From IMG/VR virus record IMGVR_UViG_3300023174_000161: a stretch of DNA of 64,000 nucleotides. One strand, written 5' to 3'. The notes under the pieces were generated by a model, which was given only the letters and a program-made list of their open reading frames with translations, did no database searches and was not told the origin of the DNA. Shown here one piece after another: positions 1 to 9,152 of the stretch (position 1 is the stretch's first letter; each line of letters begins with the position of its first letter). Source of the stretch: an uncultured virus (IMG/VR IMGVR_UViG_3300023174_000161). Lineage: Duplodnaviria > Heunggongvirae > Uroviricota > Caudoviricetes. Position numbers and translations under genes: made by a program.

Positions 1-94
1 TTCGGCCGTTTGGTTTTGAACTCTACCGCGGGCACAACTCTACTCTTCTTTATTTGGAGCTTGTCATCGGAACACTGATGATCAAGTTTAACAA

Positions 95-481
95 ATGAAT
101 TACCCACTCGAAGTCGTGGCCGAGAAGGGAACGCTCCAGCGTAGGCTGGGGCTGACCCCTATCGATAAAACATCAACGGCAGACTTCCCGAAAGGGAAGG
201 TGACCGTCAGAACAAATAGGGTTCCTACCTTGTCAGAGGGCGGAGCTTATGCGTTCTACTACTCTAACCCCGAAGGTTATCGTGCAGTATGTCACGTTGG
301 GCCCGTGTACCGATACACAAGTCAGGGGAGAGCCGCCAGTGATGAGATGTATTATCACTTCAATTCTGGAAGCTTAAAGAAATCTGAACTCGACGCGTTT
401 GTCACAACCATCAAGGCCATCGAAGCCAAAGTCGATGCCCTTATGAGAAAGGAATCCAATGGCTACCAAGAAGAAATCTAG
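95..481 (+). CDS. hypothetical early protein
   Basis: 128-aa ORF in a chain of overlapping + strand ORFs. Confidence 0.6.
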   Translation: MNYPLEVVAEKGTLQRRLGLTPIDKTSTADFPKGKVTVRTNRVPTLSEGGAYAFYYSNPEGYRAVCHVGPVYRYTSQGRAASDEMYYHFNSGSLKKSELDAFVTTIKAIEAKVDALMRKESNGYQEEI

Positions 482-848
482 TAAGAGGAAGCTTATCAAA
501 GACCATGTCGATCGGATGCTATTTGATCGTATGATGAATGAGAAGCCGACCAAAGATCGACTTGAGAGAATCAGTATACTTGAGTTCATCGAAGTCTATG
601 GCGACGACGACCACAAGAAAAACATTCTCCTAGCGGACGGTTTGGACAAAGCTTTTATGGGGCTTGCCTATCGAGATGGACAACACGGAGCGCAAGTGGC
701 GGTGTATGGAATCACTTCCTGCATTAACCAACTGCAACGCGCCAACAAGTGGAACTGGGATACAGCTGAAGAATACTTCAACTACAATACCCGCTATGCT
801 TATGTTGGCGAGTATACCCCGATGTTCATCGAGGAGATGGTGCGATGA
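459..848 (+). CDS. conserved phage hypothetical protein
   Basis: GAAAGGA RBS; ADGLDKAFMG...VAVY...AEEYFNYN...YVGEYTPMF pattern recalled from uncharacterised phage proteins. Confidence 0.7.
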   Translation: MATKKKSSKRKLIKDHVDRMLFDRMMNEKPTKDRLERISILEFIEVYGDDDHKKNILLADGLDKAFMGLAYRDGQHGAQVAVYGITSCINQLQRANKWNWDTAEEYFNYNTRYAYVGEYTPMFIEEMVR

Positions 849-1093
849 CTGCCAAGCTGACACCTCAAGAGATTAGGCAAGGCGACACCGTGTGGTGGCG
901 CGGAAGCTTTGGCAATGATGGCTGGGAGAAGGCGAAGGTTCATAGGATTGAACTCGTCCGTCCAGGCCAGAAAGAGAACGGTCTCCTTGTGCCTTGGGTG
1001 CCTACAACCATTATCGAGAACTGCGTTTTCGATCTGGACAATGGGCATTGGGCATATGGATATCAAATCAAACCAGTGGAGGAAGCTATATGA
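845..1093 (+). CDS. hypothetical protein
   Basis: ATGA overlap with upstream ORF, GGAG RBS. Confidence 0.65.
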   Translation: MTAKLTPQEIRQGDTVWWRGSFGNDGWEKAKVHRIELVRPGQKENGLLVPWVPTTIIENCVFDLDNGHWAYGYQIKPVEEAI

Positions 1094-1299
1094 TAACCTT
1101 GAACGGAAAAGTTGTAGATGTCGGCTCACTTGAGCTTGAAGGTATTGACGGCAGAGACGCTCCAGACTTCTGCGATGCATTCTTTAGTGCTGGCCAGTAT
1201 AAGGATGGTACTAAGATGAGTGACGAGGATCTTGATGCGTTAAAAGAAAATCATCCCAATCTTTTTTATGATCTGATTTATGATCATATGGTGGATTAA
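1090..1299 (+). CDS. small acidic phage protein (DAPDFCDA motif)
   Basis: Start moved to ATG 1090 (ATGA coupling); GIDGRDAPDFCDA motif recalled from phage hypotheticals. Confidence 0.65.
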   Translation: MITLNGKVVDVGSLELEGIDGRDAPDFCDAFFSAGQYKDGTKMSDEDLDALKENHPNLFYDLIYDHMVD

Positions 1300-1309
1300 A
1301 GGAGGATAT

Positions 1310-1519
1310 ATGGAACCATTGATTGTTTATATTGAAGACGGAATAGTCGGCGGGTACAAACTACCCAAAGGAACAACGCTCTACGTTGTTGATCTAGACT
1401 CTGCAAAAGAGAATGGAGAGGAATGTAGGGCAAGAGCTTGGATGAAGAAGAAGGCTGATGGCCACGTCGCGAATGAGGCGACCTACCTCAGTAAATTTGC
1501 TGCGTGGTATCGTGCATGA
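1310..1519 (+). CDS. hypothetical protein
   Basis: AAGGAGG RBS before ATG 1310. Confidence 0.65.
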   Translation: MEPLIVYIEDGIVGGYKLPKGTTLYVVDLDSAKENGEECRARAWMKKKADGHVANEATYLSKFAAWYRA

Positions 1520-1728
1520 GATTCTTTTACCACTTCAACAAACCTTTGACGCAACGACGCAAAGATATCTGGTGGACAATTCACTACCAGAACCAGTGCG
1601 TCCCCATCAAGGGCTTTGACTGTCGTGTGGCTACACACGATCGAAAACGCAAGAAGCAACCACTGGCAGTTGTATGGGGCGATGCCCGTAGCATCGTCAT
1701 TCAAGACAACCGCGCAATCATTACATAA
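1516..1728 (+). CDS. hypothetical phage protein
   Basis: ATGA coupling; MRFFYHFNKP start. Confidence 0.6.
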   Translation: MRFFYHFNKPLTQRRKDIWWTIHYQNQCVPIKGFDCRVATHDRKRKKQPLAVVWGDARSIVIQDNRAIIT

Positions 1729-1737
1729 GGAGATTAT

Positions 1738-1842
1738 ATGACAGAAGCTCAACAGAAAGAAATTCTGGCTAGAATCACCATTGAGGAATGGCTAGGCAAA
1801 ATGGACAACGAGCGAAAATTAAACGAAAGGAAAACATCATGA
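1738..1842 (+). CDS. 34-aa protein not in ORF track
   Basis: TAAGGAG RBS, MTEAQQKEILARITIEEWLGKMDNERKLNERKTS, ATGA-coupled to next gene. Confidence 0.55.
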   Translation: MTEAQQKEILARITIEEWLGKMDNERKLNERKTS

Positions 1843-2150
1843 AAAAGAAAAAAGCAAGGGTAACAGAGAGAATCATTACAATTAACAGGGAAGGCGGAAA
1901 TCTCAACGGAGTTCCATACATTCAGTTTCTTGTAGCAATGCAAGGGCTGGAAGCTTTGAATCGTGGAATGATGTTGACTCGAGTCGCAACCCCAAGTCGG
2001 TGTATGGAGATTATATCCCAGATAACGGGGAATAAATACAAACGAACCGACAGGAAAAAAGCGTTGTATGATGCGGAAGTAATCATGCATGCGCTTCGGG
2101 AAGAGAAAAGACAGAAAGCTGAAGACGAATTTCTTGCGAAATCGTCATGA
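1839..2150 (+). CDS. basic hypothetical protein
   Basis: GAAAGGA RBS before ATG 1839. Confidence 0.65.
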   Translation: MKKKKARVTERIITINREGGNLNGVPYIQFLVAMQGLEALNRGMMLTRVATPSRCMEIISQITGNKYKRTDRKKALYDAEVIMHALREEKRQKAEDEFLAKSS

Positions 2151-2473
2151 GAATCGAGATTGAAGAAGACTCCGTAAAGTTCAAGCACAACGGCAAAGAT
2201 TACGAGGTGACTGGCACCGCCATTCATAATACGGAATCCGTTGACGTTGGGATTGGGCCTTACGAATTTTGGGGAGCCCGCGGATTCGACAGCAAAATTG
2301 TCGAGGGAAGCGACTTCTTCGACTGCGAGTTTGAGGATCTGTCCATACGATTCTTTGGTGAATCAGAAGACATACCCGAACCATCGAAAGAGCTTGTCGA
2401 CGCTGCCGAGGAAGCCTTATATGAGGCTACCAAGGACAGGGCTGAAGATCGGGCTACGGAGATGGCTGACTAA
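2147..2473 (+). CDS. acidic hypothetical protein
   Basis: ATGA coupling; D/E-rich. Confidence 0.65.
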   Translation: MRIEIEEDSVKFKHNGKDYEVTGTAIHNTESVDVGIGPYEFWGARGFDSKIVEGSDFFDCEFEDLSIRFFGESEDIPEPSKELVDAAEEALYEATKDRAEDRATEMAD

Positions 2474-2487
2474 GAAAGGAGGTGTGT

Positions 2488-2664
2488 ATGGCGAAATTCA
2501 AAGTAGAGATTAAGACGGATAACGCGGCTTTCGGAGATAGCCCCGAGCTTGAGTTATCTAGAATTCTAAGCGAACTGTCTTTCGATGTTGCTGAAGATCA
2601 ACAGGATGAGTATATCATTCTCGATGTGAACGGCAACACCGTAGGCAAAGCCACTTGGTCTTGA
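2488..2664 (+). CDS. small phage protein
   Basis: AAAGGAGGT RBS; DNAAF...D-x-NGNTVG pattern. Confidence 0.7.
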   Translation: MAKFKVEIKTDNAAFGDSPELELSRILSELSFDVAEDQQDEYIILDVNGNTVGKATWS

Positions 2665-2709
2665 CGGTCAGACCCCGCGCGCCCGATGAGGGCGTGTCGG
2701 TCTGCCCGT
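2664..2709 (+). other. intergenic GC-rich irregular hairpin
   Basis: ACGG/CCGT, CAGACC/GGTCTG and CGCGCCC/GGGCGTG nested pairings; no U-tract. Confidence 0.5.
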
Positions 2710-2751
2710 GTGGGCGGAATAAAACGAAACCAAAACTGAAAGGACACAAAA

Positions 2752-3069
2752 ATGGAACTGACGATACCATCACAGGTTGTCGATGACTTCGGTCGTGCGA
2801 CAGAAACCCTCAAACTATCGAATGAACGGCGTAAGGAATACCGAACGCTGTTCCTCGAATCAGCGAAGCAAGGAACCAAGGAGTGGACAGGTCTGCAATT
2901 CACAGTGCAGATGGACGAGCACGACAAAGCACGGCTCGTCAAGCCACTACTCAAGGAAAACCTGCTCAAGTATCTCAACGCAGATCAAGTTGACAGCATC
3001 ATTCGCTTGTCGACTGTGAGTTCGGAGGAATGGCACTTCACCGCCCGAAGGATTCCGACAGGTGAGTGA
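2752..3069 (+). CDS. hypothetical protein
   Basis: GAAAGGACACAA RBS. Confidence 0.7.
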   Translation: MELTIPSQVVDDFGRATETLKLSNERRKEYRTLFLESAKQGTKEWTGLQFTVQMDEHDKARLVKPLLKENLLKYLNADQVDSIIRLSTVSSEEWHFTARRIPTGE

Positions 3070-3328
3070 AGCTGTAAAAGTCGACGAAACAATCACCAAA
3101 TGGGACGGATATGCCTTGTTTGACAAGGATTATGTCCTCTTGAACAGCGAGTTGTTTTATGACCTCGACACCGCCAAACAGCGGACCGAGTGTTATGAGA
3201 AGGATTCCTGTGACGTTTGGAAGGTTGTGCTTGAACGCAAGTCCGTTGTGGGCGATGAGCCTACCGAACCTCGCGCCAAGCGAACCCCGAAGAAAATTGA
3301 ACTTGAACTTGTAAAAGGAGAAATATGA
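3062..3328 (+). CDS. hypothetical protein
   Basis: overlaps both neighbours. Confidence 0.6.
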   Translation: MSEAVKVDETITKWDGYALFDKDYVLLNSELFYDLDTAKQRTECYEKDSCDVWKVVLERKSVVGDEPTEPRAKRTPKKIELELVKGEI

Positions 3329-5673
3329 TTATTACCGCAAGCAGAAACCAAGCTGTATCCAGCGGTGTTTCCGAGGTGGTCGATTATAAGATCGACGCAT
3401 CCAACCTCGGCCATATCGCAAGTATCTTGCGTAAAGCCTACTCTGACCCGATCAGAGCGGTTGTGCGCGAGTATGGCACCAATGCGTGTGAGGCTCACAT
3501 CCTCAACGGAAACCAAAAGAAACCGTTTGAAGTGACGCTTCCCACTGGAATGAACCCTAAGTTCACTATCCGAGACTTCGGCCCTGGCCTTGGCGTGGAC
3601 AGATTCAAGAATCTGTTCTGCTCCTACGGCGGGTCGGACAAGCGGGCCAGCAACGAATTCACGGGTTGTCTTGGCATTGGTTGCAAGAGTTATGGTGCCT
3701 ACACCGACTCCTGCACCGTGACCGATCACAACTCTGGAACCAAGCGAATCTGGAATTGTTACATCGACGAGACCGAGGTTGGCAAAGCTTCGCTGCTAAG
3801 CGAGGTCAAGTCCACCGAAGTTTCTGGCGTTGAATTGACCTTCCCCATCCGCCCGTCGGATGTGGAGCGGTTCAGACGCACGGCTATCCAGGTGTATCGC
3901 GTCTTTGACGTCAAGCCGACGATCAAGAACATCACTAAGGAAGAACGCGAGGAACTGGACAAGGCCGAATACAAGGAAGGTTCTGTCAAAGGTGACAGCT
4001 GGGTCTTCCGCGGCGATGGCACCAGTTGGCTCCAGATGGGGCTTGTGCTTTATCCGCTCAGGTCCGACTTCTCTGGCAACGAGTCGATACGCAAACTGAT
4101 CAACGCTGGCATCTACCTTCGGGTCGATGTTGGTGACGTTCAGATTGCGCCATCCCGTGAGGACTTGCAGTATTCGCAAAAGACAATCCAAGGATTGTCC
4201 AAGCATATGCTTCCAATCTTCAACGCTCTTGGTGACAGTCTGGTTAAGAGCGTGGAGAGTGCGGGCAACTTCTATGAGGCGCATCGTTTGCTCTACAAGT
4301 TTGCTAGGACTGGCAACTACAGTTCCTCGGACTTCAGGGAGACGATTGTCAAGAAGATGAAAGGCAAACTGAAATGGCAGGGTCTTGACTTGTTCACGGA
4401 TTACGAACTCCCGCTGGCAACCAATAGCAAAAATGCCAAGGGTGACATCACGCAATCCGCGCACGACAAGCTGTCCAGTCACGGCGTGTCTTTGCTTCGC
4501 ATGAGTAAGCGAAACTGGGGTCGCAACAAGTTTGTTGTTGACCGCGAGACAACCGAGTTGATTGCCAGCAGTGAGTGCAAACTCCTGATCAACGAGGGCA
4601 AGGTAGTCGGCTCTGGTGAGGCCAGAGTTCGCTATTGGCTGACTGATGGCGGTGGGCCGAAAGACTCCACCATCATCGTTCTGTCGTGCAAGAACGGAGG
4701 CAAACAGTTCCTTGAAACTTCGCTGCCTTGGTTTAAGCACGTTCCGTTTGAGTCGATCGAGAACCTACCCAAGGTTCCGCCAAAGAGCAAAGCGGTCGAC
4801 GAGAATGGCGACGAGGTTGAATACACCAAGGATATCAAGCACGGCAAAGGCAATGTGTTTGGTTTGATGTCTGAGTATAGGCATCAAGACAAGCGCAGTA
4901 GTCATTGGGGAATCGCGCCAGCGCCAACGACTGGCAAGAAAGTCTTTGTAGTGCTCGATCAATTCAAGTGGATGATGCCTGGAAAGAAGTTTCAGTATGA
5001 AGAGTACCTTCAGCTGTATCGGGCAAAAGATTACTTGAAGGCAATCGGGTATTGTAGTCAAATCTACGGCGTGAAACAAGCCGATGTCGAAAAGAAAACC
5101 GACGCGACTTGGACTATGCTACACGAAGCAATCGAGTGTGGGACAAGAACCTTCTTGAAGGATAACCCCGACAAGGCCCAGAAGATTGCCGATCGTCTTG
5201 CAGCGATTAGTTACTTCAGCGATAGTCGTGGTATCTATAGAACTGATCGGTTCAAAGAGAAAGGCTGCTTCTTTGAGCAATCCACTCTTTTCCGATGGGT
5301 TGGCGAAAAGACTGGCAAGTTGGATGAAGTTAACTCCGACAGCCCATTCCGAATCTTCATGGAAAAGATTATGGAAATGCTTGGCGGAAAAACTGAGATA
5401 AATGATAAAAAGCTACCAGCATGGCTCGACGAACCTACAAGTTCTTGGGCTCTTGGTAGATCTGATTGTGAGGATAAGAATGGTGTGTATCGACAACTCA
5501 AAGCGTCGTTACCCAAACCTTCTTATGATCTGAAAACTGAAGGAACCAAAATCGCTTCGCGTTATCCATTGTTCTGTGGCCAAGGAAAGTGGCAGACAGA
5601 CGTAATGGGGTACGCAATAGAAGGCACTGTCGAGTATGTGCATCTTGTAGATGCAGCTCGCAAAACAAAATAA
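3325..5673 (+). CDS. rIIA: rIIA-like protein with N-terminal GHKL (HATPase_c) domain
   Basis: YSDPIRAVVREYGTNACEA, IRDFGPGL, YGGSDK, GCLGIGCKS GHKL motifs; immediately upstream of rIIB. Confidence 0.85.
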   Translation: MIITASRNQAVSSGVSEVVDYKIDASNLGHIASILRKAYSDPIRAVVREYGTNACEAHILNGNQKKPFEVTLPTGMNPKFTIRDFGPGLGVDRFKNLFCSYGGSDKRASNEFTGCLGIGCKSYGAYTDSCTVTDHNSGTKRIWNCYIDETEVGKASLLSEVKSTEVSGVELTFPIRPSDVERFRRTAIQVYRVFDVKPTIKNITKEEREELDKAEYKEGSVKGDSWVFRGDGTSWLQMGLVLYPLRSDFSGNESIRKLINAGIYLRVDVGDVQIAPSREDLQYSQKTIQGLSKHMLPIFNALGDSLVKSVESAGNFYEAHRLLYKFARTGNYSSSDFRETIVKKMKGKLKWQGLDLFTDYELPLATNSKNAKGDITQSAHDKLSSHGVSLLRMSKRNWGRNKFVVDRETTELIASSECKLLINEGKVVGSGEARVRYWLTDGGGPKDSTIIVLSCKNGGKQFLETSLPWFKHVPFESIENLPKVPPKSKAVDENGDEVEYTKDIKHGKGNVFGLMSEYRHQDKRSSHWGIAPAPTTGKKVFVVLDQFKWMMPGKKFQYEEYLQLYRAKDYLKAIGYCSQIYGVKQADVEKKTDATWTMLHEAIECGTRTFLKDNPDKAQKIADRLAAISYFSDSRGIYRTDRFKEKGCFFEQSTLFRWVGEKTGKLDEVNSDSPFRIFMEKIMEMLGGKTEINDKKLPAWLDEPTSSWALGRSDCEDKNGVYRQLKASLPKPSYDLKTEGTKIASRYPLFCGQGKWQTDVMGYAIEGTVEYVHLVDAARKTK

Positions 5674-5694
5674 AAACGAAAGGACACAATAAGT

Positions 5695-6552
5695 ATGAAC
5701 TATAACATCACTGACGAAAGTATAACAACGGTGATCGACGGACAGGCGTATACGCTTCGCCGCGATCACGCCAACGCAAAGCTTGTGATCGAGGCCATCG
5801 TTCGCAAGGCGCCCGAAAGCGAAATCCGTGACCTCATGGATATCGCCAAGGCAGTCAACGCATATCTCGGCGACCATGTCGAAGTGCGTGACGGCTCGGT
5901 CTGGCACCGAGGCGAGCCTGTAGATGAATGCATCTCGGGTCGCATCCTTGCGTTTATGACGGAAGGTTTGCCCGTGGAACCGCTCACCAAGTTCCTTGAG
6001 AACCTCTACAACAATCCGAGCCACAACAGTCGCTCGCAGTTGTATAGCTTCCTGGAACACAAGAACATGCCAATCACTGACGATGGCTGTTTCTTGGCGT
6101 ACAAATCGGTCGACTCCAACTACATGGACCACCACACTGGAAAGTTCTCCAATCGTGTTGGCCAGGTGTTGAGCATCCCACGCCGTAACGTGGACGACAA
6201 TCCCGAGAATGGTTGCTCGTATGGCTTCCATGCTGGCTCGCTGGATTACGCAAGCGGATTTGGCGGTAGCGATCGCAAGGTCGTGATTGTCAAGATCAAT
6301 CCAGCTGACGTGGTCTCGGTACCCAACGACTGCGAGTTCCAGAAACTTCGCACCGCTCGGTACGAGGTCGTGGCCAACTACACTGGCCCGTTGCCAGACA
6401 CGTACGCAAACACGTACGACGGCACTGACAACGACGACATCTACAACGAGGAAGATGTCGAATCGGAGGAAAGCAACGGAGACGAGAGTCTTGTTACCGC
6501 AGTTCGTGAAGCCGCCAATCGGCTTCTCAACGCGGTTGCTGGACGTAACTAA
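5695..6552 (+). CDS. rIIB: rIIB-like protein
   Basis: FLENLYNNPS...LYSFLE...PITDDGCFLAYKSV...CSYGFHAG...KINPADVVSVP..KLRTARYEVV. Confidence 0.88.
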   Translation: MNYNITDESITTVIDGQAYTLRRDHANAKLVIEAIVRKAPESEIRDLMDIAKAVNAYLGDHVEVRDGSVWHRGEPVDECISGRILAFMTEGLPVEPLTKFLENLYNNPSHNSRSQLYSFLEHKNMPITDDGCFLAYKSVDSNYMDHHTGKFSNRVGQVLSIPRRNVDDNPENGCSYGFHAGSLDYASGFGGSDRKVVIVKINPADVVSVPNDCEFQKLRTARYEVVANYTGPLPDTYANTYDGTDNDDIYNEEDVESEESNGDESLVTAVREAANRLLNAVAGRN

Positions 6553-6558
6553 TTACAG

Positions 6559-6587
6559 GGGGCGGGTGGGCAATTCCCATCCGCCCC
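6559..6587 (+). other. 12-bp stem-loop after rIIB
   Basis: GGGGCGGGTGGG-CAATT-CCCATCCGCCCC; no U-tract. Confidence 0.55.
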
Positions 6588-6602
6588 ACTTGAAAGGAAT
6601 GA

Positions 6603-6761
6603 ATGAAAGTTAAATACATGAACACAGAAAAACTGGCTAAGACCCTTGAGCACCTCAAGTCGTCTTATCCAAAAACCGAAGAACGACAGGCGAAAGGCGA
6701 CGAATCCGCTAGCCTATACGCCCGTCACATTGCCGAGGAATTGGCAAGGAGGACAAAATGA
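6603..6761 (+). CDS. small hypothetical protein not in ORF track
   Basis: GAAAGGA RBS, open frame ATGA-coupled to 6758 ORF. Confidence 0.5.
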   Translation: MKVKYMNTEKLAKTLEHLKSSYPKTEERQAKGDESASLYARHIAEELARRTK

Positions 6762-7033
6762 TGGAAGCAATCTACACAAAAAAGCAAGCTAAAGACATTG
6801 CTGGCACCAAGTATCCTTATGGATTGGGCTGGCATGTGGACGAAGTCAAGGCAATCGAATCCTTGAAGCTTCGAGGCGGAGATGCCTCGACTCTGTTGCC
6901 CGAGTGGTGTGAAGCCACAGGCACGGACAAGGAAGGTAACCTTGTTCGCAAACAACGGTTCGAGGGCAAGAAACCTTGGGACCAGAAACAAGTCGACAAA
7001 AAGATCTACACCCGTGACCTCAAAATTGCTTAA
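6758..7033 (+). CDS. hypothetical protein
   Basis: AAGGAGG RBS. Confidence 0.6.
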   Translation: MMEAIYTKKQAKDIAGTKYPYGLGWHVDEVKAIESLKLRGGDASTLLPEWCEATGTDKEGNLVRKQRFEGKKPWDQKQVDKKIYTRDLKIA

Positions 7034-7856
7034 GTTTAACAGGGGTAACGCCAAGCTTGGCAGGGATATCTGGACGTTCAGTCTACCCGCAGGTTATGCC
7101 TGTCCAGGTGCGCTGGAATGTTTGTCCAAAGCCAATCGCGACACAGGCAAGATTACGGACGGGTCTCAGACCAAGTTCCGTTGTTTCGCCGCGTCCGACG
7201 AGGCTCAGTACAAGAACACCCGCGAACAGCGTTGGCACAACTTTAACCTGTTGAAGAACAAGTCAACGGCCGAGATGTCCGAACTGATTCAGGCAAGTCT
7301 ACCAAGGCAAGCTGGCATCATTCGGGTTCATGTGTCTGGCGACTTCTTCAACCAGTTCTACTTCGATGCATGGATGCATGTGGCCAGATGCCAACCACTG
7401 CGCACGTTCTATGCCTATACCAAGAGCCTTCCGTTCTGGGTCAGGCGTATCGGGGATATCCCCAAGAACTTCGCGCTGAACGCCAGTCGAGGTGGTGTCC
7501 ACGACGAGCTTATTCAAAAGCACGATCTGAAATATGCCGAGGTTGTGTTCAGCATCAAGGAAGCCGTGACCAAGAAGTTGGAGATTGACCACGACGACAG
7601 CCATGCCTACAAGTCTGGCAAACCATTCGCGTTGCTTATCCACGGCACACAACCCGCGGGTAGCATGGCCGCAAAGGCTTTGTCGGCCTTACGCAAGCTG
7701 GGCTGGCACGGCTACGGAAAGAAAACAGTGACTGTCATTGCGCTTTGCTTGGCAATGATGGACTGCGTCCCCGACAAGTACTGGCCCGTGTGGGCCAGGC
7801 CGGGGAACGAGAACATATTCTCGAAGATCAAGATCTTCGGAGAGGAGCTAGTATGA
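7014..7856 (+). CDS. GP88-family phage protein (Cys-rich, possibly radical-SAM-like)
   Basis: GNAKL...FSLPAG..CPGA..C...CFAA, IRVHVSGDFF, FYAYTKS; start probably GTG 7014 or TTG 7026. Confidence 0.7.
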   Translation: MTSKLLKFNRGNAKLGRDIWTFSLPAGYACPGALECLSKANRDTGKITDGSQTKFRCFAASDEAQYKNTREQRWHNFNLLKNKSTAEMSELIQASLPRQAGIIRVHVSGDFFNQFYFDAWMHVARCQPLRTFYAYTKSLPFWVRRIGDIPKNFALNASRGGVHDELIQKHDLKYAEVVFSIKEAVTKKLEIDHDDSHAYKSGKPFALLIHGTQPAGSMAAKALSALRKLGWHGYGKKTVTVIALCLAMMDCVPDKYWPVWARPGNENIFSKIKIFGEELV

Positions 7857-8071
7857 GTTTGATTAACAAGGCATCGGTTAAACGTAGCGCACTGGACATG
7901 GCGAGTGCCAAGTTCAAGGAGCGAAACAAGACAAGACTTGAGATGGGCATTGCCCCCTTAAAGGCTCCACCTTCCCGCGTGAGCGGAGAGTTCGTGGAGA
8001 ACTTTGAGGCTCGAGTCATCGGCATATTAACATCAATGGTCAATGACCATAAGACAGGAGCGACACTATGA
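7853..8071 (+). CDS. putative histone-fold protein
   Basis: GAGGAG RBS; LINKASVKR...RVSGEFVENFEARVIGILTSMV..H..GATL resembles alpha1-L1-alpha2-L2 of prokaryotic histones. Confidence 0.5.
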   Translation: MSLINKASVKRSALDMASAKFKERNKTRLEMGIAPLKAPPSRVSGEFVENFEARVIGILTSMVNDHKTGATL

Positions 8072-8292
8072 ATTGTTATTGTATTACAAAACCTGAGGAA
8101 CAAAAGTTCCTTTCAATCAGTGAGGAGTGGGTGGATTTTGAAACGGGTATCCGTCAAGATTCCATTCGAGGCTACACCAACGAAGAGATGGAGACGTTAA
8201 ACCTAGATGCAAAGAAGCATGGAGGCGAGGTGCGTCAGCATCCTTCTCCCGACGGCATCACGGTTCCATTGTTTTATGACTGGAGTATCTGA
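8068..8292 (+). CDS. hypothetical protein
   Basis: AGGAG RBS, ATGA coupling. Confidence 0.6.
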   Translation: MNCYCITKPEEQKFLSISEEWVDFETGIRQDSIRGYTNEEMETLNLDAKKHGGEVRQHPSPDGITVPLFYDWSI

Positions 8293-8914
8293 GGTATTCG
8301 CGGGTCTCAAAGCCCGCGAGGTTGACCGCTACGTCAATTACTGGGACCGCATTAAACCGCAGTCCCGTGAGGACGAGTGGCGTTTTTGGATATTCTCCAT
8401 TCTTGCAGCCAACTTCGGTTGGAAGCAGAACGTCAAAGCGTTTAACGCAATCAAGGACCGCGGCAAATGGAAGTCCGATCTTGGCAAGCTACAGTTCGAA
8501 CTGTACCAAACCAAGACTGGCCTGTGGCGTACCAAGGCAGTGAGTATCTGGAAGTTTGATCAAATGTATTGGGCCAAGCCCCATATGTTTGAGCGTTATC
8601 CAGGTGAGCCATTGATGCAGTACCGCGACAGGGTGGCCGACTTCTGCCCAGGTCTGGCGATTGCCAAATCAAGTTTCTTTGTGGAGATGAAGTATCACGA
8701 CGAGTCAGACGTGGTTTGTCTTGACCGTCGGGTGCTGAAGTCCATCCATAAGAAAGCAAGAAGCGTGAATCGTTCCGACTATCTCCTCTTGGAGGATGAA
8801 TGGAGGGATTGTTCCCGCGCTTACCAGATTCCCGCGGCCACTGCGCGGTTCATCTGGTGGGATAAACTACAAGGCTATAAGAATAGCCGATACTGGAGTG
8901 AGGTATTAGAATGA
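8276..8914 (+). CDS. HhH DNA glycosylase-like protein (Ogg2 / N-glycosylase-lyase type)
   Basis: FSILAANF, PGLAIAKSSFF, VVCLDRRVL, NRSDYLLLE parallel archaeal Ogg FCILTANF, KGIGYKEASHF, AIIDRHIL, SRRKYLEIE. Confidence 0.7.
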   Translation: MTGVSEVFAGLKAREVDRYVNYWDRIKPQSREDEWRFWIFSILAANFGWKQNVKAFNAIKDRGKWKSDLGKLQFELYQTKTGLWRTKAVSIWKFDQMYWAKPHMFERYPGEPLMQYRDRVADFCPGLAIAKSSFFVEMKYHDESDVVCLDRRVLKSIHKKARSVNRSDYLLLEDEWRDCSRAYQIPAATARFIWWDKLQGYKNSRYWSEVLE

Positions 8915-9126
8915 CTAATAACGAAAAAAAGGTACAAGGCGAGATCCTCTGGGGTGCTGGGGACAGCATTCACAAGATCTCATTCAACGCAACCGTGGAC
9001 ACAGCCAATGAGAAGGTGGACAACCTTAAACTAGAGCTTGCCCCGCAGTTCTTGGATGACGTATTGCAGAACGTCTACAAGGCCGGAGCAGACGAGGCCC
9101 TCAGATTGGCTGCTGTCCAGGGGTGA
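8911..9126 (+). CDS. hypothetical protein
   Basis: GAGGT RBS, ATGA coupling. Confidence 0.6.
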   Translation: MTNNEKKVQGEILWGAGDSIHKISFNATVDTANEKVDNLKLELAPQFLDDVLQNVYKAGADEALRLAAVQG

Positions 9127-9152
9127 TAAAGAAACCACGCAAAGGAATATGT

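Noticed and set aside
11..23. TGGTTTTGAACTC also at 63532-63544 (possible terminal repeat)
   Set aside because: A single 13-mer match is expected by chance in 64 kb, and the flanks do not extend.
2664..2709. Hammerhead ribozyme (GATGA loop)
   Set aside because: No CUGANGA/GAAA core in the required three-stem arrangement.
3796..6231. Long minus-strand ORFs (314 and 240 aa) over rIIA/rIIB
   Set aside because: Antisense shadows of well-supported genes.
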